The translations under genes and the position numbers were made by a program. Below are positions 29,946 through 39,368 of a stretch of 64,000 nt of DNA, in pieces (positions within the stretch are counted from its first letter, which is position 1; every line of letters begins with the position of its first letter). The stretch comes from Candidatus Multivoradales bacterium (GTDB lineage Bacteria; Acidobacteriota; Thermoanaerobaculia; Multivoradales; JAHEKO01). Where the stretch lies: NCBI GenBank assembly GCA_965223855.1, contig CBDCXM010000009.1:1728001-1792000 (forward strand), read 5' to 3'. A model generated the notes under the pieces. The model did not search any database, was not told the DNA's origin, and saw only the letters and a list, made by a program, of their open reading frames with translations.

Positions 29946-30865
29946 TGGCGTCTGGAGCGACTCTCTCGGTGGTGGCGGTCGTCATGGCGCTCGACGGTGG
30001 GCAGGCGACGATCGATCGCGGACTGGTCGATGGGCTCCTGCCCGCGGATCGGGGAACCAGCTTCTACGAACTCGTCGTCGACGGCGTCGGGCATCGCATC
30101 GATTCCGGCGTGGTGACTCTCGAGGAGTTGAGGGAGCGGGACTCCTCGGTGGCGGGCTCCGACCTCCACGTCGGCTCGCGTGTCGCGTTCGAGATCCCGG
30201 CTGAACGAATCGCCGATCGGAGCCTCATCGCTGCGGCACGCCGCCACCTGCCGGTGGCCGAAGCGGACGCCCTCGTCGGCCGGCTGCTGGAGGGCCTCGT
30301 GGCGAGCGACGATCCCGCGGTTCGAGAAGCGCTGGGACTCGACTCCGATCCGCCGGAGCCGACGGGTGCGTCTGCTCCGGCGGGGGCGACTGCGCAGGCC
30401 GCGGTGGTCGCGGAGCCGGAGATGGTCCGAGTCCCGGAAGGTCGCTACTGGATCGGTGCCGCCGCAGATGCCGCGAAGTTCTTCAATGAGCAGCCTCGAC
30501 ACAGGGTCCGTCTGGACGCTTTCTGGATCGATCGAGAGGCGATCGGGCCTCCCGAGGGCACCAGGAGCTTCGCCGAAGCCGAGCGTTTCTGCGCGGCGCA
30601 GGGGAAGCGGCTGCCGACGGAGCAGGAGTGGGAGACGGCGATCCGAAACCGGGCGGCAGAGCGCTCCGAAGTCTTCGAGTGGACCGCGTCGCCGTACGCT
30701 CCCTACCCCGGGAACCGGACACCGGAAGACGAGTACCATCGCGGGTACAAGGTGTTGCGCGGCGACGTGGACTCAGACGCGTTCCGCCCGGAGAGACGGC
30801 GGTTCATGGCACCGAAGCTCGAGCGTGAGTCGGTGGGGTTCCGCTGTGCCCGCTCGGACGGCTAG
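29945..30865 (+). CDS. FGE-sulfatase (SUMF1/PvdO/NirV-fold) domain protein, probably non-catalytic
   Basis: MVRVPEGRYWIG, NEQPRHRV, KRLPTEQEWE, VFEWT, KVLRG and VGFRCAR. The catalytic Cys pair of true FGE is absent. Confidence 0.8.
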   Translation: MASGATLSVVAVVMALDGGQATIDRGLVDGLLPADRGTSFYELVVDGVGHRIDSGVVTLEELRERDSSVAGSDLHVGSRVAFEIPAERIADRSLIAAARRHLPVAEADALVGRLLEGLVASDDPAVREALGLDSDPPEPTGASAPAGATAQAAVVAEPEMVRVPEGRYWIGAAADAAKFFNEQPRHRVRLDAFWIDREAIGPPEGTRSFAEAERFCAAQGKRLPTEQEWETAIRNRAAERSEVFEWTASPYAPYPGNRTPEDEYHRGYKVLRGDVDSDAFRPERRRFMAPKLERESVGFRCARSDG

Positions 30866-31003
30866 AGCCGGCTCGCCGTCGGTCGCTCCCTGAGCTCGGA
30901 AGCCTGTGCGACAATCTCGCGCGGCGAAGAGGCGAAGGCCCCCCGAGGGCTGTCGACACCTCCTTCCACCCGATCGGCGGCAGCAGCCAGGAGTCAGGAG
31001 TCC

Positions 31004-32029
31004 ATGAGGAATCAGTCCATCGCAGGGAGAGAGCACCTGGTCGCTGTCGTGGCCCTGGCGTGCTCATTGTGGAGTGTCACGGGGTGCGGTGCGCCCGTAC
31101 CGCCGGCAACCGGCAACGAAGACTTGCAGGACGCGACGCAGGTCGCCGGGTCCGCAGGCGATACCGAGTCGGTGCGTCCGCCCTCGGCATCGGACGGAGC
31201 AGTCGCCCCGGCGACATCCCGATCCGATCGCGAATCGGCGTCCCGCGGGGAAGCGGGGGCCGTCGGCGAGGCGCGCCTCGGAGTCGGAGATGTGCTGGAG
31301 ATCGAGGTCTTCGGTCTCGACGAGCTCGAGCGCAAGGTTCGGGTCCAGGAGGACGGCACGATCTCCATGCCGCTCCTGGGGAAGATCCCTCTGGACGGGC
31401 TGACGATCCCGGCTGCTCAGGAGCGCATCGCTGCGCTGCTCACGGACCGCCGTCTGGTCAACGATCCGCAGGTCTCCATCTTCGTCGAGGAGTTCGCCAG
31501 TCGCGGCGTGAGTGTCCAGGGTGCCGTCAACGAGCCCGGGGTCTATCAGGTGATCGGCAATCGCTCGCTGCTGGACCTCATCGGGGAAGCAGGAGGCTTC
31601 TCGCCGGTGCGCGGGCGGAACCTGTTCGTCCTTCGCGAGACCGGACCTGGAGGTCAGCATCGTTTCGAGATCGATATCGACGCTCTTATCCAGGGGCGAG
31701 ACCGGTCCTTGAACATCTTCCTTCGCCCGGGCGATTTCGTGATGGTGCCGCAAGCCCGTCTGCAGAGGGTCTACGTCACGGGGGCCGTGGCCAGTCCTGG
31801 CGCCATCGAGTTCTCGAGCGGCGAGGGAATCACCGTCTTGCAGGCGATCACCGCCGCCGGCGGTCCGACCGAGCGCGCCAACCTCAAGAAGGTGTCGGTC
31901 AGCCGGCGCCTCGAAGACGGCACTCAACAGCGTTGGGAGATCAACGTGAAGGCGGTGCAGAACGGGAAGGCGGACGACTTCGTCCTGGAAGGGAATGACA
32001 CTGTGGTGGTGCGGGAATGGCTCTTCTGA
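31004..32029 (+). CDS. wza: Polysaccharide export lipoprotein Wza (Poly_export + SLBB)
   Basis: Lipobox VTGC, LGVGDVLEIEVF, DGTISMPLLG, GAVNEPGVY and QAITAAGG. Confidence 0.92.
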   Translation: MRNQSIAGREHLVAVVALACSLWSVTGCGAPVPPATGNEDLQDATQVAGSAGDTESVRPPSASDGAVAPATSRSDRESASRGEAGAVGEARLGVGDVLEIEVFGLDELERKVRVQEDGTISMPLLGKIPLDGLTIPAAQERIAALLTDRRLVNDPQVSIFVEEFASRGVSVQGAVNEPGVYQVIGNRSLLDLIGEAGGFSPVRGRNLFVLRETGPGGQHRFEIDIDALIQGRDRSLNIFLRPGDFVMVPQARLQRVYVTGAVASPGAIEFSSGEGITVLQAITAAGGPTERANLKKVSVSRRLEDGTQQRWEINVKAVQNGKADDFVLEGNDTVVVREWLF

Positions 32030-33324
32030 GCCGGTTCGCACGGTCGGTGCCGGCTTGTCTGGTCGTCGCCGTTCTGCTCGGCTCGGCCGGCCCCGCTGCG
32101 GCTCAGTTCTCGCAGTACGTGGCGCCGGGCCAGTTCGAGCCTCAGCGCGAACCGCTGGAGGAGAGACTCCGGGGGGCGATGCAGGAGTCGAAGTGGCGCT
32201 TCGGCCGCTGGTACTTCGACCCGTGGGTCGGTCTTCGCAACATCTCACGCCAGGACAACCTCGGCGGTGCGGTCGACGGCGAGTCGGTGAGCGACCTCAC
32301 GGTGACGGTCGGCGCGGGGGTGAGAGCCTATCGTCCGGTCGGCGGCGACATGACCTTCGCCTTCCACGTCCTTCCGGAGTACGTCTGGTGGCAGGAGCTC
32401 AGTGAGCGTAGCCGCCTCAACGGCCGCTTCGGAGCCGGCCTGTTCGGCAACTTCGGGCGTATCGGCCTGGAACTCTCCGCACAGTTGCTCGAAGACGCCC
32501 GGTTCTTCAGTCGTGAGGTCGAGGAACCCGTCAACACGAGTGACGAGCGGACTCGAGTAGCGCTCGAAGTGGAGCTGGGACGCGGAGCTTCGCTCTTCGG
32601 CGAGGCGGGGCTGAGGACCCTCGAGTTCGAGAGTGAAGACGGTCAACGTCTGCCGCAAGTGTCACTCCTCGATCGTGAGGAGACGACGCTGCGGGCGGGA
32701 GTGAGATACCGGTTCGGCGCCAACGCTTCGATCGGACTCGGAGTGCAGGAGTCGGACACGAAGTTCGAGGGCGCGCCGGCAGGACTCGACCCCTCGAACT
32801 CGGGCAGCGGTCCCTTTCTCAACCTGAGCCTCGACCGGGAGCGTCTCTACCTGGCGGCAGACATAGCTACTCTCGAGTTGACTGCCGATCAGGGGCCCGG
32901 CTTCGTCGACTTCGAGGAGACGACCGGTCGCGCGGCCGCGACCTTCCGGTTCAGCGCTCCGGTCGAGCTCGAGCTGTTCGCGGATCGCAATCTGGTCTAC
33001 TCCCTTCAGCCCGACTACGCGTACTTCCTGGACTCGCGCACGGGAGTGGGCCTCCAGGTGTCGCTGAGCTCGAGGTTCGGAGTGCGGGGCTACACCGAGG
33101 AAGGCGAGAACGACTACGAGCGGCTCTCGGCCGACGTGGAGGAGCGATCCGACGACGTGTCGTCCTGGGGCGTCGCGTTGAGCGTCGATCTGGGAAGGGC
33201 GCGCCTGACGATCGGCACCAACACGTCGACGTACACATCGAACCTCGCTCAGTTCGATCGCGACTTTCAGTGGACGACACTGTCGCTCGCTCTGAAGGGC
33301 GGAAGCGGCTCCCCTTGGGGGTAG
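32017..33324 (+). CDS. EPS-associated outer-membrane beta-barrel protein
   Basis: Signal peptide (AAA-Q) and alternating amphipathic strands throughout. Directly after wza. Confidence 0.65.
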   Translation: MALLSRFARSVPACLVVAVLLGSAGPAAAQFSQYVAPGQFEPQREPLEERLRGAMQESKWRFGRWYFDPWVGLRNISRQDNLGGAVDGESVSDLTVTVGAGVRAYRPVGGDMTFAFHVLPEYVWWQELSERSRLNGRFGAGLFGNFGRIGLELSAQLLEDARFFSREVEEPVNTSDERTRVALEVELGRGASLFGEAGLRTLEFESEDGQRLPQVSLLDREETTLRAGVRYRFGANASIGLGVQESDTKFEGAPAGLDPSNSGSGPFLNLSLDRERLYLAADIATLELTADQGPGFVDFEETTGRAAATFRFSAPVELELFADRNLVYSLQPDYAYFLDSRTGVGLQVSLSSRFGVRGYTEEGENDYERLSADVEERSDDVSSWGVALSVDLGRARLTIGTNTSTYTSNLAQFDRDFQWTTLSLALKGGSGSPWG

Positions 33325-33448
33325 GCGCGCCCCTCGACGCGGCCTGGAGGGCTCAGACCGCGGTGCCGGCAGTGGCCCGGGAGTCGAAGCCGGGTTGGGA
33401 CCCCCCAGGAGGCAGCGCCGGCGTGTCGTCGCACCGGCTGGCTCGTCC

Positions 33449-34426
33449 ATGACACTGGACCTCGGGCGTCTCGCAAAGGCGACCGTCAGGCTGTCCTCGG
33501 CGTCGCTCGCGGAGGCGATCGACCGGTGCGTCTCCCCGCGAGTGCGCTCCGAGGACGGGGCTCTGATCACCGGCTTCTGGCGTAGCGGGACGACCTGGCT
33601 CCTGCAGGAGTGGGCGAGCCGTCGGGTGGCGAAGTCGATCTTCGAGCCCTTCCATCCCAGGGCGGGGCGCTATGTCTCGGCCACCCGCGTCGCCGATTCG
33701 CTCGAGTCGTCGGAGCGCGCTCTCACAATGCCGTTCGCCGACTCGCACGAGAGTGTCGATCCTGACCTCGTGGAGGTGATCGAGCGGTCTCTCAAGGCGA
33801 AAATCGGCGGTCCCTGGGTGAGACGAGCCCGCCGGTCGATCCTGGAAGCCCCGAGGCGCCGAGTGGTTGTCAAGCTGGTTCTCGGGCAACTTTGCGCCGG
33901 GGCCCTGGCGGAGCGGTTCGGGGTGGAACATGTCCACCTCTGGCGCGATCCGAGGGCGGTGGCAGCGAGTCTGCAGCGGGGATCCTGGTGGCGTGGATGG
34001 CTGGATGGTGTCGCGCTCCGCCGGCTCCTGCTCGACCCCGAGGATGGTCGCCGCCGGTTCTTCGTGCGGTACGAGGCCCTGATCGACGACTTCGACCGTC
34101 GAGATGCTCTCGAGAGAGTCGTCTCTCTGTGGTGTCTCACCGAACTGTTCCTGGAGCGGGAGGGTGCCGCCATGCGCGCTTCGAGGACGGCCCTGAACTA
34201 CGAGGAGATCGCGTCGGACCCCGCCGCCCTCGATCGAGCGTTGGGAGGGAAGGCGCGGGTCTCACAGGGTGCTTCGCCGACGCCGAGCCCGACGACCGCC
34301 AGGGGCCGAGTCGCGCTGACAGCGGCCCAACGCCTGCTGGGGTGGCGCGAAGAGCTGAAGGCCTCCGAACGTGAAGCGATCGAAGGGGTGGTCAGGGCGT
34401 TCGAACTCGAGGAGAGGCTGTTGTGA
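33449..34426 (+). CDS. Sulfotransferase
   Basis: 5'-PSB motif GFWRSGTTWL, IFEPF, 3'-PB motif WRDPRAVAASL and LNYEEI. Confidence 0.85.
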   Translation: MTLDLGRLAKATVRLSSASLAEAIDRCVSPRVRSEDGALITGFWRSGTTWLLQEWASRRVAKSIFEPFHPRAGRYVSATRVADSLESSERALTMPFADSHESVDPDLVEVIERSLKAKIGGPWVRRARRSILEAPRRRVVVKLVLGQLCAGALAERFGVEHVHLWRDPRAVAASLQRGSWWRGWLDGVALRRLLLDPEDGRRRFFVRYEALIDDFDRRDALERVVSLWCLTELFLEREGAAMRASRTALNYEEIASDPAALDRALGGKARVSQGASPTPSPTTARGRVALTAAQRLLGWREELKASEREAIEGVVRAFELEERLL

Positions 34427-35613
34427 AGCTCGGTCGCGCCCGCCGGCTCTCGTATCTGGCGCCCGGTGATCTCCTCAAGGGGCGGGTCGAACCGATCCTG
34501 TGGATGCGTAGCTGCCAGTGGCTGGCCGCAGCAGGTCTCGATGTCACGGTCATCTGGGCCTACGCGTATCGTGGAGAGAACATCCCGCTCAGATCGCTCT
34601 TCGGTCATTTCGGGGTCCCCGAGACGTTCGATCACTCCATGCTGCCGACGCCGCTCGTGGCAGGGCGCGGGCCCCGGTCGTGGACCCGGGCCTGGCTCTT
34701 CCTCGGCTTTCTTCTGAGACTCGCGCCGCAGTTCCTCGGGCGACGGCTCCCCGTGTACTTCTCGAAGGGGCAGATCTGCATGCGGGCGGTTCTCGCGCTG
34801 GAGCGAATGACGGGCCGGCGGGCCTTCAAGACCTTCGAGTTGCACTCGATCGGCTCGGATCGTCGCCTGGAGGCGATGTTGCGGCGAATGGACCTGGTGG
34901 TCGCCAACAGTCGCCTGCTGGCCGGCAGGCTCGAGCGGCTCGGTGTGGAGCCTGACCGGATCGTGCAGGTCTACAACGCGCCTTTCGCCGAGCCGCAGGA
35001 GTGGGATCGCGACGACGCCCGGCGCGAGCTCGGAATCGCCATCGATGCGAACGTCCTCACCTACTCCGGCAAGCTGACGTCCACGAATCTCCCGTTCCTG
35101 ATCGCCACGGCGAGAAGGCTGGTCTCGACAGCCGAGGTTCATGTCGTCGGCGGAAACCCCGATGTCCTCGTCGAGGCACGCCGGGAGGGTGGAAGCCTGG
35201 GCAACCTTCATTTCCACGGCTTCGTGGCTCCGGCGCGGTTGGGGGCTTACCTGAGCGCGTCCGATGCGCTCTTTTGCTCGTATCCCGACCGCCAGGTCAA
35301 CATCGAGCAGGCGACGCCTGCCAAGTATTTCGACTACATGCTCGCCGGCCGGCCGGTCCTGTGCTCGAGGAACACCGCGATTACGGAGATCTGGGAGCAC
35401 GAAAGAAACTGCCTCTTCTTCACCGCTGAGGACGCGGATGATCTGGTCGGCAACTTCGAGCGCCTGCTCGCGAGTCCGGAGCTCGGCGAGCGTCTGGTCG
35501 GCGCCAACCGGAAGTTGATCGAGCGTCTGAGCTGGGAACGCCGGATGGGCGCCATCGTCGAGCGGATGGCCGAACTCGGCGCGTTCGGTGGCGCGCAGGA
35601 GGGCGGGGAGTGA
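34423..35613 (+). CDS. Glycosyltransferase family 4
   Basis: VVANS, YSGKL, FHGFV and TPAKYFDYMLAGRPVL. Confidence 0.88.
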   Translation: MKLGRARRLSYLAPGDLLKGRVEPILWMRSCQWLAAAGLDVTVIWAYAYRGENIPLRSLFGHFGVPETFDHSMLPTPLVAGRGPRSWTRAWLFLGFLLRLAPQFLGRRLPVYFSKGQICMRAVLALERMTGRRAFKTFELHSIGSDRRLEAMLRRMDLVVANSRLLAGRLERLGVEPDRIVQVYNAPFAEPQEWDRDDARRELGIAIDANVLTYSGKLTSTNLPFLIATARRLVSTAEVHVVGGNPDVLVEARREGGSLGNLHFHGFVAPARLGAYLSASDALFCSYPDRQVNIEQATPAKYFDYMLAGRPVLCSRNTAITEIWEHERNCLFFTAEDADDLVGNFERLLASPELGERLVGANRKLIERLSWERRMGAIVERMAELGAFGGAQEGGE

Positions 35614-36950
35614 GAGAGGACAAGTCGGCGGCTGTCGGCGACAACTCGCGCTCGATGGCGTCGAACCTGGGCGCCGTCGTCTCCGGGAGCTTCGTCCGTT
35701 CGGTCCTACTGGTCGTTCAGGGCCTGCTCGTCTCACGGTTCCTCGGAGTGAAGGGGTACGGAGAGTTCTCGATAGCTCTCGCGGTGGTCGCCCTCATCTT
35801 TGGCGTCCTCGACTTCCGCGTGCAGCATGCCGCCATCAAGTTTCTGAGCGAGGCCGAGACATGGCGGGCGATCGAGAGACGTCGGCTCGCGATGCTCTTC
35901 CTGTTCTTCGAGGTGGCGAAAGGCTGGATCGGGTTCGCGGCAGCGTTGGCCGGGGGTGCCGCCTACTCCGCCTGGCTGGGTCACGACGACGGCATGATGC
36001 CGACCCTCGTTGCGCTCGCCATCCACAAGCTCGCGATGACGGCGAATCCGACGCTCACCGCGTTCCTGCGGATTCGAGGGTTCTACCGCTCCATCGCAGC
36101 CTACGATCTGGCGTTCGGCGTCCTGTCGCTGGTCCTGGTGGTCGGCGCCGCGATGGAAGGGCGCAGCGCACTGGCGGTCGCGCAGGCCTATCTCTTGGTC
36201 GGCGTCATCGGTGGTCTCGCCAAGGTCCTCTGGACCTGGTGGCTGCTCAGGCCCGGAATCGGCGGTCTCGGTTCGCTCTCGTTGATCCGCTCCTGGCGAG
36301 AGGTGCCGATCGATTGGCGCGAGCTCGTGCGCTTCATGTTCGGTGTCAACCTGGCGGCGACCTTCAGACTGGCGGCGAGGCATCTCGATGTCGTGATTCT
36401 GGGCCGGTTCGTCTCGCTCGACGTAGTCGGTGCCTACTCGCTGGCTCGTCGGCTGAAGAACCTCTTCGCCTATTTCACCGATCCGCTTCTCGTCGTTCTG
36501 TTCCCCGAATTCGCGAAGGCATGGTCGAGGGAGAGGTTCGCGTGGATGGGAGAGGCGCTCAGGAGGTCGATCCGATGGGGTTTCGCGATCGGCTTGCCCG
36601 GCTTTGCAGCGCTGGCGATCGCCGCCTGGTACCTGGTGCCGCGATTCTTCGGAGCGGACTTCAGCCCGGCCGTGAGCCTGCTGTGGTTCTTCCTGCCGGA
36701 CGCCGTCGCCGGCGTGGCTTGCTTCGCGCTCCCGCATTTCGTCCTCGCGACCGGCGGCGCTGGTTCGACCGCCAGGGGAGCCCTCCTCAGGCTCATCGTG
36801 CTCGCAGTCGCAGGTGCGGTTCTGACGGCATTCTGGGGCGCGAAGGGGATGGCGGTCGCGGTCGGCCTCGCGACGATGGCCAATGTGGCGGTTCTCGCCC
36901 TGGCTGCCCGCGACGCGTTGCACCGTCAGTCGTCCCACGCGGCGGTGTAG
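35610..36950 (+). CDS. wzx: Wzx-type oligosaccharide flippase
   Basis: About 12 TMs. SRFLGVKGYGEF, LDVVILGRF...VGAYSLA and VLFPEF. Confidence 0.85.
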   Translation: MREDKSAAVGDNSRSMASNLGAVVSGSFVRSVLLVVQGLLVSRFLGVKGYGEFSIALAVVALIFGVLDFRVQHAAIKFLSEAETWRAIERRRLAMLFLFFEVAKGWIGFAAALAGGAAYSAWLGHDDGMMPTLVALAIHKLAMTANPTLTAFLRIRGFYRSIAAYDLAFGVLSLVLVVGAAMEGRSALAVAQAYLLVGVIGGLAKVLWTWWLLRPGIGGLGSLSLIRSWREVPIDWRELVRFMFGVNLAATFRLAARHLDVVILGRFVSLDVVGAYSLARRLKNLFAYFTDPLLVVLFPEFAKAWSRERFAWMGEALRRSIRWGFAIGLPGFAALAIAAWYLVPRFFGADFSPAVSLLWFFLPDAVAGVACFALPHFVLATGGAGSTARGALLRLIVLAVAGAVLTAFWGAKGMAVAVGLATMANVAVLALAARDALHRQSSHAAV

Positions 36951-36990
36951 TAGCCTGCGAGCAGCGGAGGGCGAGCGCCTCCCCGGAGCC

Positions 36991-37761
36991 ATGAACCACG
37001 CTTTCATCACCGGAATGGGCCGCTCGGGTACGAGCTTCGTGGCTCGTTGCCTCTCCGGCCTGCCGCACACCGACGTCGGGCACGAGAGGCTCGGTGATCG
37101 CGAGTTCTGGCTTCTGAGTTGGTATCTGCAGGGTACCGCCTATGCCACCACCTACCTCGAGCGTGAGCGCCGCCGCCTCGAGCCTTTCGGGGACGAGCTC
37201 TACGTCGACGTCAACGGCTACCTTCAGAACGCCGTACCGGCCCTGCGCGAGGTGTTCCCGGATTGCGAGGTGTTTCACCTCGTTCGCGATCCACGCGCCG
37301 TGGTTCGGTCGCTCTACTCACGGAGAGGCTCGAGGAGCGTGGACCTGGTCCCCCGTGACGATCCATCGATCCGCGACTGGTTGGGGGCGGACAAGTTCTC
37401 TCAGATCTGCTGGAACTGGGCATCGACCACCCGCCTCCTGCTCGAACAGGAGACGCGACTGATCCGGCTCGAGGACCTGACCGGTGACTATGAGCTGTTT
37501 CGTGACCTGTTGCTCGCGCCGCTCGGACGGGAGATGTCGAGAGAAGCCTGGGACCGGATCAGAAACGCCAGGGTCAACCGCACCCGATCGCCGCTCTACC
37601 GTCGGCTCTACGCCTGGCTGAAGGGCAAGGAGTACGTGCAGGACAGGCTGCCGCCCTTTTCGCGGTGGAACGACCGTCAGCGAGAGGTCTTCGAAGAGCT
37701 GTGTGGGGAGCTTCTGCCCGTGCTCGGCTACGACTCCCCCCACCATGGGGGGCCTCCATGA
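36991..37761 (+). CDS. Sulfotransferase
   Basis: FITGMGRSGTSF, FHLVRDPRAVVRSL, IRLEDL and LGY. Confidence 0.87.
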   Translation: MNHAFITGMGRSGTSFVARCLSGLPHTDVGHERLGDREFWLLSWYLQGTAYATTYLERERRRLEPFGDELYVDVNGYLQNAVPALREVFPDCEVFHLVRDPRAVVRSLYSRRGSRSVDLVPRDDPSIRDWLGADKFSQICWNWASTTRLLLEQETRLIRLEDLTGDYELFRDLLLAPLGREMSREAWDRIRNARVNRTRSPLYRRLYAWLKGKEYVQDRLPPFSRWNDRQREVFEELCGELLPVLGYDSPHHGGPP

Positions 37762-38612
37762 GGGGGCTCGTGCGGCGGGTGCGCAAAGGCCTCTGGCAGC
37801 TGCACGCCTTTGCCCTCTCGCCTTCCCGCTGGCGGCTTCGCGTGGGCGGGCGCGGCAAGGCTCGTGTGGTCGTTACCAGCATTCCGAAGGCGGGGACCAA
37901 TCTCGCCCTCAGGGCTCTGTGCCTGCACCCGGAGCTCTACCGGCGGTTGCAGCGGACCGTCACCGATCCTTCGCTGCCCGGTGTGGAAGAGCTCCGGGCC
38001 CTGCTCGAGGCTCTTCGCGGCGGGCAGGTGCTGGCCACGCACCTGCGCTATTCGCGGGAGCGGGCGTCGGTCGTCGAGCGATGCGAGGTACGTCACGTCT
38101 TCGTCGTGCGCGATCCCAGGGACGTGGCCGTGTCGACGGTCTTCTACGCTCTGCGCGAGCGGAGGCATCCTCTGCACTCGTACTTCGCCCGACTGCCCGA
38201 CCTGCGATCGCGCCTCGAGGCGGCGATTCGCGGCGAACCGGCGATCGACTTCCAGTCCGCCGGCGAGCGATTGGAGGCTTCGGCCGGCTGGCTCGATCCT
38301 CCTACCCACGTCGTTCGCTTCGAGGATCTGGTCGGCCGGCGTGGCGGGGGTTCCGCGAACGCTCAGGCCGACGCCCTCGAAGGGCTGCTGGGTTTCGTCG
38401 GCGTTCGGAACGACGAGCCGACCGTGCAATCCGTCGCCGGGCGTCTCTTCTCGGGGGACACCCGGACCTTCCGCAAGGGGACGATAGGCCAGTGGCGCGA
38501 GCACTTCGACCGGGAGCTCGCGGAGCAGTTTCAGGCGGTGGCCGGCGCGCAGCTGGTTCGATATGGCTACGAGGCCGACGCCGGCTGGGTCAGAGCCGCG
38601 GGGCCGGCGTGA
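37758..38612 (+). CDS. Sulfotransferase domain protein
   Basis: SIPKAGTNL, VRDPRDVAVS, VRFEDL and TFRKGTIGQW. Confidence 0.9.
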   Translation: MRGLVRRVRKGLWQLHAFALSPSRWRLRVGGRGKARVVVTSIPKAGTNLALRALCLHPELYRRLQRTVTDPSLPGVEELRALLEALRGGQVLATHLRYSRERASVVERCEVRHVFVVRDPRDVAVSTVFYALRERRHPLHSYFARLPDLRSRLEAAIRGEPAIDFQSAGERLEASAGWLDPPTHVVRFEDLVGRRGGGSANAQADALEGLLGFVGVRNDEPTVQSVAGRLFSGDTRTFRKGTIGQWREHFDRELAEQFQAVAGAQLVRYGYEADAGWVRAAGPA

Positions 38613-39340
38613 GTGGGCGCGAAGGCGGCGCGCCGGCGGCCCGCTGGCATTCCCGGGTCGCCGAGCAGTTCGATGCCGGCTACGAGGAGGGTGGGCGCTT
38701 CCGCGAGCGGTTCGAGGTCTGGAGGGAGGTTCTCGAACGCCTGGGAAAACCGGGCGGGCGTGTCCTCGACTTCGGCTGCGGGTCGGGTCGCCTGGACCCG
38801 CCGCTGCTCGCGACGGGATGCCGGGTTGTCGGCGTCGACGGCAGCCCGGCGCTTCTGAACCTCGCTCGGAAGCGGGCCTCCCGTACCGCGGGCGACAGCG
38901 TCGACTGGATGTGCGCCGACCTCGCGACGCTCGATCATCGCGATCTCGGGAGATTCGATCTCATCGTAGCTTCCAGCGTCCTCGAGTACCTCGCCGAGCC
39001 GGAGGTCGTGCTCGGTCGGCTCGCGGCGATGCTCGAGCGTGACGGGCGCCTGGCGTTCTCGCTTCCGAACCGCTCCAGTCTCTACCGGGCTCTCGAGAGC
39101 GGCCTGTTCCGCTGCTTCGGCAGGCCCCGGTACCGCCGATATGTCCAGAGCCTGCCGTCCGGGAGGACGGTTCGTGGCTGGCTTTCGCGAGTCGGACTCG
39201 AGATCGACGAAGCACATTGGCTGGGGCCGACGCCGTTGCTCTCGGCGCTTCTCCGACCTCTCGGGCTCGCCCGGTACTCCGACAATCTCGTCCTCTATGT
39301 CTGCCGCGAGCAGGAGCGTTCGCCGCGGAGGATCGCCTAG
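38609..39340 (+). CDS. Class I SAM-dependent methyltransferase
   Basis: VLDFGCGSG, GVDGS, FDLIVASSVLEY and FSLPN. GTGA overlap with the upstream stop. Confidence 0.88.
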   Translation: MSGREGGAPAARWHSRVAEQFDAGYEEGGRFRERFEVWREVLERLGKPGGRVLDFGCGSGRLDPPLLATGCRVVGVDGSPALLNLARKRASRTAGDSVDWMCADLATLDHRDLGRFDLIVASSVLEYLAEPEVVLGRLAAMLERDGRLAFSLPNRSSLYRALESGLFRCFGRPRYRRYVQSLPSGRTVRGWLSRVGLEIDEAHWLGPTPLLSALLRPLGLARYSDNLVLYVCREQERSPRRIA

Positions 39341-39368
39341 CGCGTGCTAGCATCCGCGGCCGCCGTTC

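Noticed and set aside
29945-30865. True formylglycine-generating enzyme for the nearby sulfatase, or a DGR target
   Set aside because: The catalytic cysteines are missing and the sulfatase-like protein has Thr at the site. No reverse transcriptase or template repeat was seen.
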